64,000 bases of DNA from a phage, in NCBI GenBank assembly GCA_018027755.1, contig GCA_018027755.1_4098.1; one strand, written 5' to 3'. This document shows, piece by piece, positions 40,565-49,885 of the stretch. Each line of letters starts with the position of its first letter. Position 1 is the first letter of the stretch. The notes under the pieces are model-generated. The model saw only the letters and a list, made by a program, of their open reading frames with translations, did not search any database and was not told where the DNA came from. A program made the position numbers and the translations under genes.

Positions 40565-41653
40565 ATGTTAATTGAAAATTTCAAAAAGAAAATGAATGAA
40601 AAATATGGAATGTATGGTGAGTTTGATTTTAATTCGATGATTTTTAAATCTAGCAAAACTACCTTGAAATGTAACAAATGTGGTATTGAAAATACAAAGT
40701 CTGCAATTCGTCATATCTCATGTACTTGCTCTAACTGTTATAGTAACATGTCCCAGCGTTCCAATAATGATGATTTCATTTTAAAAGTTGAAAAGAAATT
40801 CGGGACTGAAAAATTTAAATTTGATAAATTGGTTTATGTTAATGCAAAAACTCCAGTTACAATATTCTGCACTAAACATAATGGTTATTTTCACATAACA
40901 CCAAATAAGTTATTAACTGGTGCTGGATGTAACGTTTGTAATATTAATGTAGTGCATACGAATAATGAATTTATAAAAATTGTTAAACGTAATTATGGTG
41001 ATAAATTTAGTTTCCAAAAAACCAACTATATTAACAGAACAACAAAAGTCACAGTGCATTGCAATGAAGGAAATCATGATTGGGAAGTTGATCCAAAAAC
41101 ATTGATACTTGGGAAGTCAGGATGTGGTATATGTTCAGGTAAAGGTGGGAGAACAACCGAGCAATTTATTGCAGAAGCTGTAAAAGTTCATAACAATAAT
41201 TATGATTACTCATCTGTTATGTATGAGCATAGTGAAAAAATGGTCGAGATAAAATGCAACAATTGTAAAAATATTTTTCATCAGCAACCTAAAGCACATT
41301 TGACAGGTCGTGGTTGTCCAAAATGCGGTAAGTATGGTTATCAGACTTCCAAGCCTGGATATTTTTATGTACAGAAACTAACTAATAAAGATAAAACCGT
41401 TTATAAATATGGAATCACTGGTGATATGAAACGTAGAGTGAACGAACAGAGTCGTGATTCTGAATTCGTCCATGAAGTACTAGTAGAACGTTTCTTCGAA
41501 GATGGTAATAAACCCCTCTTACTGGAAAAGTTTATCAAGCAGTACATTGAAAGTGGAGTAGTAAGTACTGAAGAGTTGCCGTCAGGATTTACTGAAACGT
41601 TTGATGAAAAGTATCTAAAATCTGTACTGGAAATTGTAAATACCTTTAAGTAA
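40565..41653 (+). CDS. free-standing homing-endonuclease-like protein: four tandem zinc-ribbon modules plus C-terminal GIY-YIG superfamily (T5orf172-like) domain
   Basis: track ORF 40358..41653 overlaps capsid gene and terminator, so start placed at ATG 40565; repeated ~40-aa Cys modules ending G(C)xxC; C-terminal GYFYVQKL-x9-YKYGITGDMKRR resembles GIY...YIG...R. Confidence 0.55.
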   Translation: MLIENFKKKMNEKYGMYGEFDFNSMIFKSSKTTLKCNKCGIENTKSAIRHISCTCSNCYSNMSQRSNNDDFILKVEKKFGTEKFKFDKLVYVNAKTPVTIFCTKHNGYFHITPNKLLTGAGCNVCNINVVHTNNEFIKIVKRNYGDKFSFQKTNYINRTTKVTVHCNEGNHDWEVDPKTLILGKSGCGICSGKGGRTTEQFIAEAVKVHNNNYDYSSVMYEHSEKMVEIKCNNCKNIFHQQPKAHLTGRGCPKCGKYGYQTSKPGYFYVQKLTNKDKTVYKYGITGDMKRRVNEQSRDSEFVHEVLVERFFEDGNKPLLLEKFIKQYIESGVVSTEELPSGFTETFDEKYLKSVLEIVNTFK

Positions 41654-41667
41654 ACAATCTAAAGGAG

Positions 41668-42027
41668 TTGACACGGATGTTAACTGTATACAAATTTAAA
41701 AGAGAAGAGTACTTAAAGAGCCAGTACTCAAATATAGAAATAAATGTTCCTTATGGTACGTTAGTTGGATACGATGAAGCCACTGAAACATTGTATTATA
41801 ATGATGATAGATTAGATTATAGTTTAGATTCTTTCATAGAAGATATACTTAATACACATACTGAAGATATGTTGTATGAAGAATACATCGATCATTATAG
41901 AGAACGTATGTCGCTGCTGCATTCTGATGCTCCTGTGCTAAACATTGCACAAGAACCCTCGGAATTTCAGCCACATAATCCTTTTCAACGTTTAATTGAT
42001 ATTGGTTTAAAATTCACTATTAATTGA
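41668..42027 (+). CDS. hypothetical protein (119 aa)
   Basis: ORF with GGAG RBS downstream of homing endonuclease gene. Confidence 0.45.
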   Translation: MTRMLTVYKFKREEYLKSQYSNIEINVPYGTLVGYDEATETLYYNDDRLDYSLDSFIEDILNTHTEDMLYEEYIDHYRERMSLLHSDAPVLNIAQEPSEFQPHNPFQRLIDIGLKFTIN

Positions 42028-42066
42028 TAGATAAATATCTCCATATTAATGATGGAGATTGAATCT

Positions 42067-42375
42067 ATGTCACAGATATGTTATGTTATAATAAACTCTG
42101 CATGGCCTGACTATGTTAAGATTGGTTTCACTTCTAAATCTGAAATGACAGAGCGTTTGAGAACGTATCAGACAGCTACCCCGTTTCGTGATTTTGAAGT
42201 TTATCATGAAGTTCACTTTGAAGACGCACGTTTAGCTGAAAAAGAGATACATAAAAGGCTTAAACAAATGAATGCAACTAGACAACCAAACACGGAGTGG
42301 TTTAAAATGTCTAAAAAGATAGCAGCAAACATCATTGATTCTGTGTGGGATGATATGGATAACGACTTGCTATAG
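42067..42375 (+). CDS. small GIY-YIG superfamily (T5orf172-like) domain protein
   Basis: track ORF starts 42049; CYVIINS-x7-VKIGFT...R...EWF pattern; no DNA-binding extension. Confidence 0.45.
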   Translation: MSQICYVIINSAWPDYVKIGFTSKSEMTERLRTYQTATPFRDFEVYHEVHFEDARLAEKEIHKRLKQMNATRQPNTEWFKMSKKIAANIIDSVWDDMDNDLL

Positions 42376-42415
42376 GAATAAATATAGTATATATTAATCA
42401 TAAAGGGATTTATAC

Positions 42416-44026
42416 ATGAGCATAAGTTTTAATAACCCATTGGATACAATGACCAGTACTGGTGCTAATGGATCTTTAGAACTAATAGTGCTTGGTGGTA
42501 CACCAACTAACCCAAGACCTATTCGTTTTAATTCGTCATCAGTTATTATACCAGTACAAACTTTACCTACTGGTGAACAAGGTGCAATGGTTTTTGATCG
42601 AAGCGAATTAGTTTTGAAGTATCATAACGGTACAAGTTGGGTTGCAGTATATGATACTGATACTATTTTGGAACCAATTAGAATTTCATTAGATGAAGTA
42701 AACCGAAAATTAAATTTAAAAGTAGAAAGTGTAACATACAGTAGTAGTACTGTTCCTAGTGCAAGTATTAGTGGAACAACCTTAAACATTGTATTCCCTA
42801 CTGCTTCTAGTGGTGGTTCTGGTCCAACTGGTCTTTACACTTCACTTAAACCTGGTGCTATTACACAATATTCATTGACTTCTGGTCAATCTGTTGCTAG
42901 TATACGTGAACAAATGTCAGGACAATCGAATGGACAAAGTGGGAGAAACGGTTCACAAGGTGCTCCGTGGAAAACGTCTGACGGTTGGTGTTTTGCTGAT
43001 GGTATGTGGTGGCAATGGGAGGGGGAAAATGGTACAATTACTAAACAAGTACCAAACCTTAACCAAAAAGCGTACTTAAAAGGTATATCTACATCTGGTG
43101 TAACTAAAACTGATAGTGTTATTGGTAGTAGCGGTAATATTAGCGGCACAGTATTAAGTGTTGCCCAATTACCATCACACTCATTTAGTTTTAGTGGGAC
43201 CACAGGGGCTGCTGGTCGTCATGGTCATAGTCAAGCACTAAAAGGTATGGACCGTAGTGGTCTAAATGCGATAACTTCAAGTAATGATAACGGTATACCA
43301 ACTGTAATCAATAACATTAACGAAGCACCAGACCACATTCACTCATTTAGTGGAAACACTAACACACTTGGTGGAAACCAACCACACTATCATGGTATTA
43401 GTAACATTGATGTGGAACACTTTAACGTTGCATATCTATATAACATTGCTGAATCTAACGTTGCATTGAGTGAAAAAGTTGCAAACACTCGTTATGTACT
43501 AAAAACTGGTGATACAATGACTGGTTCATTGACTATTGCAAACAGTGCGTCAATTAAGTCAAATGATACATCATTAGTTCTATATTTCCGTAACGCAAGC
43601 GGTGGTGAGCGTGCGGCAGTGTATCATAACTCTTCAAATAATACATTGAGATTGCGTTCCGGTGGAGCAGAAGTTACTGTAAACTCTTCTGGTACTTTAG
43701 CTGCTCCATCATTAACTGTTTCTAACAACTCAGCTACTGTTGGTGGTAAAAATATTGTTCGTTCAATTAACGGTACTGCTGCTGATGCTAGTGGCAACGT
43801 TACTTTGCAAATTAGTACTAATAACGTACAAAGTATTCGTTTGAGTGCACGTATTGAAACACGTAAAATACCTGATTCTTCATGGACATATACACCAGAA
43901 GGTGCATTTATGGATGGCGTATGGATTTCTGTTAATGGTAGTTCAGGCACTCACTTAGAACGAATTAGTTATCGCTATGTTCAAATGCAAATAAATGGTA
44001 ACTGGGAAACAGTACGTCAACAATAA
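42416..44026 (+). CDS. tail fiber / receptor-binding protein (putative)
   Basis: 536 aa; Ser/Thr/Gly/Asn-rich; repeated HSFSFSG...HGH and HIHSFSG...HYH His-x-His motifs as in phage fiber tips; followed by chaperone-like gene. Confidence 0.5.
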   Translation: MSISFNNPLDTMTSTGANGSLELIVLGGTPTNPRPIRFNSSSVIIPVQTLPTGEQGAMVFDRSELVLKYHNGTSWVAVYDTDTILEPIRISLDEVNRKLNLKVESVTYSSSTVPSASISGTTLNIVFPTASSGGSGPTGLYTSLKPGAITQYSLTSGQSVASIREQMSGQSNGQSGRNGSQGAPWKTSDGWCFADGMWWQWEGENGTITKQVPNLNQKAYLKGISTSGVTKTDSVIGSSGNISGTVLSVAQLPSHSFSFSGTTGAAGRHGHSQALKGMDRSGLNAITSSNDNGIPTVINNINEAPDHIHSFSGNTNTLGGNQPHYHGISNIDVEHFNVAYLYNIAESNVALSEKVANTRYVLKTGDTMTGSLTIANSASIKSNDTSLVLYFRNASGGERAAVYHNSSNNTLRLRSGGAEVTVNSSGTLAAPSLTVSNNSATVGGKNIVRSINGTAADASGNVTLQISTNNVQSIRLSARIETRKIPDSSWTYTPEGAFMDGVWISVNGSSGTHLERISYRYVQMQINGNWETVRQQ

Positions 44027-44036
44027 GGAATGTGTA

Positions 44037-44552
44037 ATGCAACTAACAAATTTTAAGATGTATGAAAAAGAAGGTGGTAATCCTAATTCTTTGTATATGA
44101 TGTCCGATGAAGGTATGGATTGGTATGAATCTCGTGAATTGTTTGACATTAATAAAGCAAAATTTATGTATGATATTAACGGTTTAATTGTTTCAGCATC
44201 ATATAACATTTATGATCTAGTACCTTTAGGTTTTAGTGTTTCTGAAATTGAATATGATGGTGATATTAACAAACTTTATGGTATGGTTTACGATGGAAAT
44301 ACTATTCATGACTATATTGAAACTAAAGAAGAAAAAATTGAACGCCTAAAAAATGAATTATCTAATTTGAAATACATTGCAATTCAAGAACTTGGACACT
44401 TAAAAACTGCTATGGATCTTGAGTTAGCAACTGATGAAGAAGCTGTATTGTTTGTAAAATTGAAAGATTATGTAACGCAATTGAATTCAATCAAACCAGC
44501 AGACATGATCAAGAAAACATTTTCATTTCCAGTTAAACCGGAAAAAAAATGA
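44037..44552 (+). CDS. tail fiber assembly chaperone (putative)
   Basis: 172 aa directly downstream of fiber gene; start ATG 44037 after AAGGA (track ORF 43995). Confidence 0.4.
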   Translation: MQLTNFKMYEKEGGNPNSLYMMSDEGMDWYESRELFDINKAKFMYDINGLIVSASYNIYDLVPLGFSVSEIEYDGDINKLYGMVYDGNTIHDYIETKEEKIERLKNELSNLKYIAIQELGHLKTAMDLELATDEEAVLFVKLKDYVTQLNSIKPADMIKKTFSFPVKPEKK

Positions 44553-44642
44553 GACAACACGTAAAGACGTGATACAATTAAGTCATCTCACCGATTGTGG
44601 TGAGGTGACATTTTTTTGAAAACACACATGGAGAAATACAAA

Positions 44643-44945
44643 ATGGCTAAATCTAAAAAAGAAGTTAAAGTTGAAATTCGTGATCTAAACGATGAACAAC
44701 GTAAACGTCTCGGTGACGCACTTAACAACATTGTTGTACAACTAACTTTCATTGATGATACCAAAGCATCCTTATCTGATTTTGTTTCTAGTGTTTCTGA
44801 TGAACTTGGTATCGATGCATCTGATATCAAACAAGCTGCACAACGTATGTACAAAGGTGATTACTTTGACAAACAAAATAAACTCGATAATATCGAAACT
44901 ATTCTTAGTGTTACTAATAATCTTCCACAAGCAGATGATTACTAA
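44643..44945 (+). CDS. hypothetical protein (~100 aa)
   Basis: track ORF 44616..44945; ATG 44643 has GGAGA RBS; terminator follows. Confidence 0.45.
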   Translation: MAKSKKEVKVEIRDLNDEQRKRLGDALNNIVVQLTFIDDTKASLSDFVSSVSDELGIDASDIKQAAQRMYKGDYFDKQNKLDNIETILSVTNNLPQADDY

Positions 44946-44967
44946 TTAGTACTAAAATATATTAAAT

Positions 44968-44995
44968 AGCCTCCAATGACGGAGGCTTTCTTTTT
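44968..44995 (+). terminator. intrinsic terminator
   Basis: agcctcc-aatgac-ggaggct hairpin followed by TTCTTTTT. Confidence 0.6.
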
Positions 44996-45024
44996 AACTT
45001 AATAAACGTAAGGGAATACAAACG

Positions 45025-48000
45025 ATGTATATCGATGCTTATATGGAACGTAAACGTACTGGTGATATTCTTCATGTAGTTGAACGTAAGAATGGTAAAC
45101 GTATTCTACGCGAATTAGAACCAGTATATGAATATTATGTTGAATCCCCACAAGGAACACATAAAACTGTTTATGGTACAATGGCTAAACATTTTGAGTT
45201 TCAAACTCAAGCTCAAATGAATAAAAGTGTAGAGCAACACAAAAGTGAAGGTCTACGTATTTTTGAAAGTGATTGTAACATTACATTTAAAACATTAGCT
45301 AAAGAATATATGGGAAAAGGTTCACCCGATTTGAACATCGTGTTCTTCGATATCGAGACTGATTTCCATAAGAAATTTGGTTATGCTCCACCATCAGACC
45401 CGTTTAACCGAGTAACCGCTATTTCTCTATATCAATCATGGACTGGAAAGGATTATGTACTTACTTTACCACCTGCTGATATGGAAATTTATGAAGCACA
45501 AGATATTGTTCGCCAACTAAATGAAGAAACAAACGATCCTAACAGTACTGTAATTTTATATACAGACGAAAAGGAAATGTTTATGGAATTCTTTAGTTTA
45601 ATTGATGATTCTGATGTTATTTCAGGATGGAATAGTGAATTCTTTGATATTCCATATATGATCAATCGAACTAAAAAAATCTTCAATGAAGCAACAACTG
45701 CTCGTTGGTGTTTATGGAATAAAAAACCAAATTCACGTGAAGCAGACAACTTTGGTAAAACTGTTCAAACATATGATCTGGTAGGTCGCGTCCATCTTGA
45801 TTATTTGGCTTTGTATAAGAAACATGCTGGTCAAGTTGAACAATCTTATAAACTAGATTATATTGCTGAAAAAGTAACTAAAGAAAATAAAGTATCATAT
45901 GAAGGTTCATTGGATAAACTTTACAGAGAGGATTACATTACTTTCTTGCGTTATTCTAAACAGGATAGTATTCTTCTTAAAAAGATTGATGCTAAATGTG
46001 ACTATATCAACCTACACAATCGACTTGCACACAAAGAATGTGTACTTATCAGTACAACAATGGGTTCAGTAGCACTAATCGACACTGCTATTATCAACTT
46101 AGCACATACTCGTGGTGAAGTTGTTTTCAACAAAGCACCGAAAGATGATCTTGAGTTTGATCCAGAAATGGAATATTATGGTGAAGATGGTGAAGATGAA
46201 GATGAGAAAATTAGTGCAAAAGCAGCAGGTGCATGGGTACAAGATCCAGTACTAGGACTTGTAAGTGACCTTGGGTGTACTGACTTTAACTCTCTTTACC
46301 CTACTGTTCTACGTACTTTGGGTATGAGTACTGAATGTATTCTTGGTCAATTACGTCAAGATTACACCGATGCGTATCTTGCAGCTAAAATCCAAGAACA
46401 GAAGAACAAATCTAAATCTAAATCATTTGAACCAGATTGGACTGCGGCATGGCATGGTTTATTTGCTGCTGTTGAATTTACAATGGTTCATGAAAAGTCA
46501 GAAGAAACATTGATTGTTGATTTAGAAGATGGGAGTTCTTTTAAAGCAACGGGCAAAGAGCTATATGATATTATTTTTGCAGAAGATAGTACTATTGTAC
46601 TTAGTGCAAACGGAACACTTTTTGATAAGTCTAAGTCTGGTGTAATTCCTGACATTCTAACTCAATGGTATTCTGAACGTAAAGCACAGCAAAAAATGGT
46701 CATTGACTACAAACATATGTATACTGATGGTTGGGAGTTTAATGGCTATGAAAAAGTCGAACCACTACTATCAAACTATACCCCTGGTACAATGTTTAGA
46801 ACTAATATTCATGATAATGATCCTGTATACTTACTTCGTAAAGAAATTGGTAAAGGACAGTGGGATGAAGTTGCTAAGTTGATTGTAGAAAACGGATTAG
46901 TACTAAAAGATGGTCGTATTTTCTGTCCTAAAGAAGAAAAAGATTACTTCAAACAACGTAGTGCTTTCTGGAAACAGAACCAACAGATTCGTAAGATTCT
47001 TCTAAACAGTCTATATGGTGCACTATTGAACAAAGGTTCTCGTTTTTTTGACAAACGTTTAGGTCAATCCGTAACATTAACTGGACGTTCTATGACCAAA
47101 CATATGGCAAGTCGTATCAATGAAATTACTACTGGTGTATATAACCACCAAGGTGGTTCAGTAATTTATGGTGATACTGACTCAGTTTACTTTAGTGTAA
47201 CTCATTATCTGAAAGAACAAGGTATTCCATATAATCTATCTAAAGAAGAGATTGTTGATATGTATATTAAAATTGGTGAAGAAGTTGGTGAATCTTTCCC
47301 ATCATTTATGCATGAGATGTTCAACACTGGTATTGAAAAAGGTAAGATTGTTGGTGCAGACCTTGAGATGGTTGGTTCGCGTGGCCTATTCTTGAAGAAA
47401 AAACGTTATGCAATTCTGAAGTACTGGGAAGATGGGTTCCGTAAAGATATTGATGGTAAACCAGGTGAAATCAAAGCGATGGGTCTTGAAATTAAACGCT
47501 CAGATACGCCAAAATACATCCAGAACTTCCTAGAAGAGACTCTAATCGCATTACTGGTAGGTGAGAGTGAACAACAGCTAAAACAGCGTGTACGTGAGTT
47601 TAAGGACGTATTTAAGGATATGCCTGTACATGAAAAAGGTTCACCAAAAACTGTAAAAAACTACACTAATTTAGAGGCTGAATATCAGCTAACTGGTAAG
47701 TGTAAAGTTGGTCACGTTCTTGCTGGTATCCAATGGAACCGTCTACGTGAAGTTTATGATGATAAATCTGTTCCAGAAGTAACAGATGGAACAAAAGTAA
47801 TTGTCTGTAACTTAAAAGATAATCCTATGGGAATTAAAGCAGTTGGTTATCCAATTGACTGTGTTGAGTATCTTCCAGAATGGTTCTTGGAACTACCATT
47901 TGATACTGAAAAAATGGAAGAGATTGTTCTAACTAAAAAATTAGAGAATATTTTTGGTATTTTGGATATGGATATTGGTATTCATGAAAAAAGTACTGCG

Positions 48001-48030
48001 TCAGTAAACAATGGATTCTTCACTTGGTAA
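45025..48030 (+). CDS. DNA polymerase, family B, gp43-like
   Basis: exo motif FFDIETD; pol motifs DFNSLYPT, KILLNSLYGALLN, YGDTDSVYF in canonical order in one ORF. Confidence 0.9.
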   Translation: MYIDAYMERKRTGDILHVVERKNGKRILRELEPVYEYYVESPQGTHKTVYGTMAKHFEFQTQAQMNKSVEQHKSEGLRIFESDCNITFKTLAKEYMGKGSPDLNIVFFDIETDFHKKFGYAPPSDPFNRVTAISLYQSWTGKDYVLTLPPADMEIYEAQDIVRQLNEETNDPNSTVILYTDEKEMFMEFFSLIDDSDVISGWNSEFFDIPYMINRTKKIFNEATTARWCLWNKKPNSREADNFGKTVQTYDLVGRVHLDYLALYKKHAGQVEQSYKLDYIAEKVTKENKVSYEGSLDKLYREDYITFLRYSKQDSILLKKIDAKCDYINLHNRLAHKECVLISTTMGSVALIDTAIINLAHTRGEVVFNKAPKDDLEFDPEMEYYGEDGEDEDEKISAKAAGAWVQDPVLGLVSDLGCTDFNSLYPTVLRTLGMSTECILGQLRQDYTDAYLAAKIQEQKNKSKSKSFEPDWTAAWHGLFAAVEFTMVHEKSEETLIVDLEDGSSFKATGKELYDIIFAEDSTIVLSANGTLFDKSKSGVIPDILTQWYSERKAQQKMVIDYKHMYTDGWEFNGYEKVEPLLSNYTPGTMFRTNIHDNDPVYLLRKEIGKGQWDEVAKLIVENGLVLKDGRIFCPKEEKDYFKQRSAFWKQNQQIRKILLNSLYGALLNKGSRFFDKRLGQSVTLTGRSMTKHMASRINEITTGVYNHQGGSVIYGDTDSVYFSVTHYLKEQGIPYNLSKEEIVDMYIKIGEEVGESFPSFMHEMFNTGIEKGKIVGADLEMVGSRGLFLKKKRYAILKYWEDGFRKDIDGKPGEIKAMGLEIKRSDTPKYIQNFLEETLIALLVGESEQQLKQRVREFKDVFKDMPVHEKGSPKTVKNYTNLEAEYQLTGKCKVGHVLAGIQWNRLREVYDDKSVPEVTDGTKVIVCNLKDNPMGIKAVGYPIDCVEYLPEWFLELPFDTEKMEEIVLTKKLENIFGILDMDIGIHEKSTASVNNGFFTW

Positions 48031-48041
48031 GGAGTAATAAT

Positions 48042-48191
48042 ATGGTTATTGTAAATGAAATTGAACTAAACTATGACGAAGTAAACGATACTTTCACTAA
48101 TGAGATGTTGAATCTTACTGAAGAAAGTGTAAATGAGGCATGGGAAAAATATGTAGAATGGACTTCATTACAAGGTAAAAATGATGAGTAA
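48042..48191 (+). CDS. small hypothetical protein (49 aa)
   Basis: not in ORF track; ATG 48042 preceded by AAGGAG at 48029-48034; acidic. Confidence 0.3.
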   Translation: MVIVNEIELNYDEVNDTFTNEMLNLTEESVNEAWEKYVEWTSLQGKNDE

Positions 48192-48480
48192 TATATATAA
48201 GCGTATTGGTGAAGTATTAGAAGGTAATGGCATCATTAATTCTGTACTAGCATATGATAATGATGAAGAAGTAGTTCTAATTGGTGCGGGTTTTACTCGC
48301 ACTGGTTCAGTGGAAGTTGACGGAGAGATTGCTGATGTTTACACTCTTGTGAAAAAGCGTAAAGTTGTTTTTGTCGATGAGGTACATACATTAAAAGACT
48401 TGAAAAAATTACGAGATAAAATTGGCATGAGTTCTACAATTGATAAGCCTTATCTTCAACGTTGGAATACAAAATACTGA
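48181..48480 (+). CDS. hypothetical protein (99 aa)
   Basis: ORF between polymerase and clamp genes. Confidence 0.45.
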   Translation: MMSNIYKRIGEVLEGNGIINSVLAYDNDEEVVLIGAGFTRTGSVEVDGEIADVYTLVKKRKVVFVDEVHTLKDLKKLRDKIGMSSTIDKPYLQRWNTKY

Positions 48481-48581
48481 TAAAAAATTGAGACAAGCAT
48501 CATTTTTGAGATATAATGGTGCTTGTAGTAATCTTACATAAAAACATTTTTTGATTAACAAATAAAACGGAGAATTATATA

Positions 48582-49313
48582 ATGGATCTACGCAACGTAC
48601 TACGTGACCTCGTAAACACAACCAGTGGTATTGACTTCTCTTGTATTGCAGTAAGCAGTGAAGACCGTGGTGAAGGACAACGTGTATATCTAGAAGCGTA
48701 CACAGATGACCGAACTCTTGTAATGCGAGCATATACTAAAGAAGATGTTCCTGAAGTTCAGGGTCGTTTTGGCTTAGGTAATCTAGGTCTTCTTCAGGGT
48801 CTAATGTCTCTAAAAACATACAGTACCGAAGGAACCACAATCACATCAAATGTTAAAGATGGTTCAGTTAAAAGTCTGGCATTTAAATCTGAAGATGCAA
48901 GCACTACATTTATGGTACAAGCTGAAAAACTTATTCCAGTTCAACCACGTTTTCATGAACAACCATATGACGTACAGGTTATTCCTAGTGCAGCAAAAGT
49001 TCAGGAACTAAAGAGTTTTTCTGGTGTATTTAAATCTTTTAGTTCTCTTGTAACTCCGTATACTGAAGGCGACACCCTATACTTTCACGTTGGTGAGAAA
49101 AACAAAAGTAACCACGTTGGTTCTCTAGCTTTTTCTAAAACTGAAGGTGAATTAGGTCTTGGTTTTGGTTATAATATTGATCGCGTACTTCAAGCATTAT
49201 CTCGCGTATCTAATGCCGAATCAGTATCACTTGGTATTACTAAAACTGGTATGCTAAATGTAACACTAGATACTGGAATTGCAGTATACAAATTTTACGT
49301 AACAGGCTGCTAA
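48582..49313 (+). CDS. sliding clamp, gp45-like (putative)
   Basis: 243 aa (T4 gp45 228 aa); N-terminal LRDLVNTTSGIDFS resembles T4 gp45 LLKNFATINSGIML; adjacent to polymerase. Confidence 0.5.
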   Translation: MDLRNVLRDLVNTTSGIDFSCIAVSSEDRGEGQRVYLEAYTDDRTLVMRAYTKEDVPEVQGRFGLGNLGLLQGLMSLKTYSTEGTTITSNVKDGSVKSLAFKSEDASTTFMVQAEKLIPVQPRFHEQPYDVQVIPSAAKVQELKSFSGVFKSFSSLVTPYTEGDTLYFHVGEKNKSNHVGSLAFSKTEGELGLGFGYNIDRVLQALSRVSNAESVSLGITKTGMLNVTLDTGIAVYKFYVTGC

Positions 49314-49342
49314 TATAAATAACGGGGAACACTATGTTCCCC
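49314..49342 (+). promoter_or_regulatory. TATAAATA late-promoter-like motif followed by hairpin
   Basis: TATAAATA 49314-49321; ggggaaca-cta-tgttcccc hairpin 49324-49342 without T-run. Confidence 0.35.
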
Positions 49343-49377
49343 AAATTAGTTTGATTTAAAAAGTAAAGGAATACAAA

Positions 49378-49584
49378 ATGCCATTATATACATATCGTTG
49401 TGAAAAAGAAGAATGCAAACATAGCATGGAAAAAATTGTTAAAATTGCAAATCGTGATGAACCTCATGATTGTCCTAAATGTAATGGTGAAAAAACTATG
49501 AAGTTGGAAGTGTTCACTCCAGGTGATAAGGGTGCTAATCTTTATTTCCGTGGAAAATGGTTTGCAAATACTGGAGGTTACTAA
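49378..49584 (+). CDS. small zinc-ribbon protein (FmdB-like, putative)
   Basis: 68 aa with C-x4-C ... CPKC motifs. Confidence 0.45.
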   Translation: MPLYTYRCEKEECKHSMEKIVKIANRDEPHDCPKCNGEKTMKLEVFTPGDKGANLYFRGKWFANTGGY

Positions 49585-49585
49585 T

Positions 49586-49885
49586 ATGAAAATTAAAATG
49601 ATTAATGATTACGTTCTTGTTCGACAAATTGAAGCACAGAATAAAAGTACTGGTGGTATTATTCTAGGTAATGTTGAACCACCATGTATTGGGATGGTAA
49701 TTTCCGTTGGTCCAGGTAAAATTCTTCCGAACGGACAACTTGCAGAACATAATATTAAAGAAGGTGATATGGTTGTGTTTGGTCGTTCATCTTTGAACAC
49801 ACCACTGACTGAAGATCTTGGTGGCGGCGAAGATACATATTATGTAATGAAAATCGAAGAGATTTTTGGTAAGAAAAATGGCTAA
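49586..49885 (+). CDS. GroES-like co-chaperonin (cpn10)
   Basis: track ORF 49523; ATG 49586 after GGAGG; LVRQIEAQNKSTGGIILG...VGPG pattern matches GroES mobile-loop region. Confidence 0.7.
   Translation: MKIKMINDYVLVRQIEAQNKSTGGIILGNVEPPCIGMVISVGPGKILPNGQLAEHNIKEGDMVVFGRSSLNTPLTEDLGGGEDTYYVMKIEEIFGKKNG

Noticed and set aside
45025-48030. Intein or intron in the DNA polymerase gene
   Set aside because: Exonuclease and polymerase motifs occur in canonical order in one continuous frame with no insert carrying endonuclease-like motifs.
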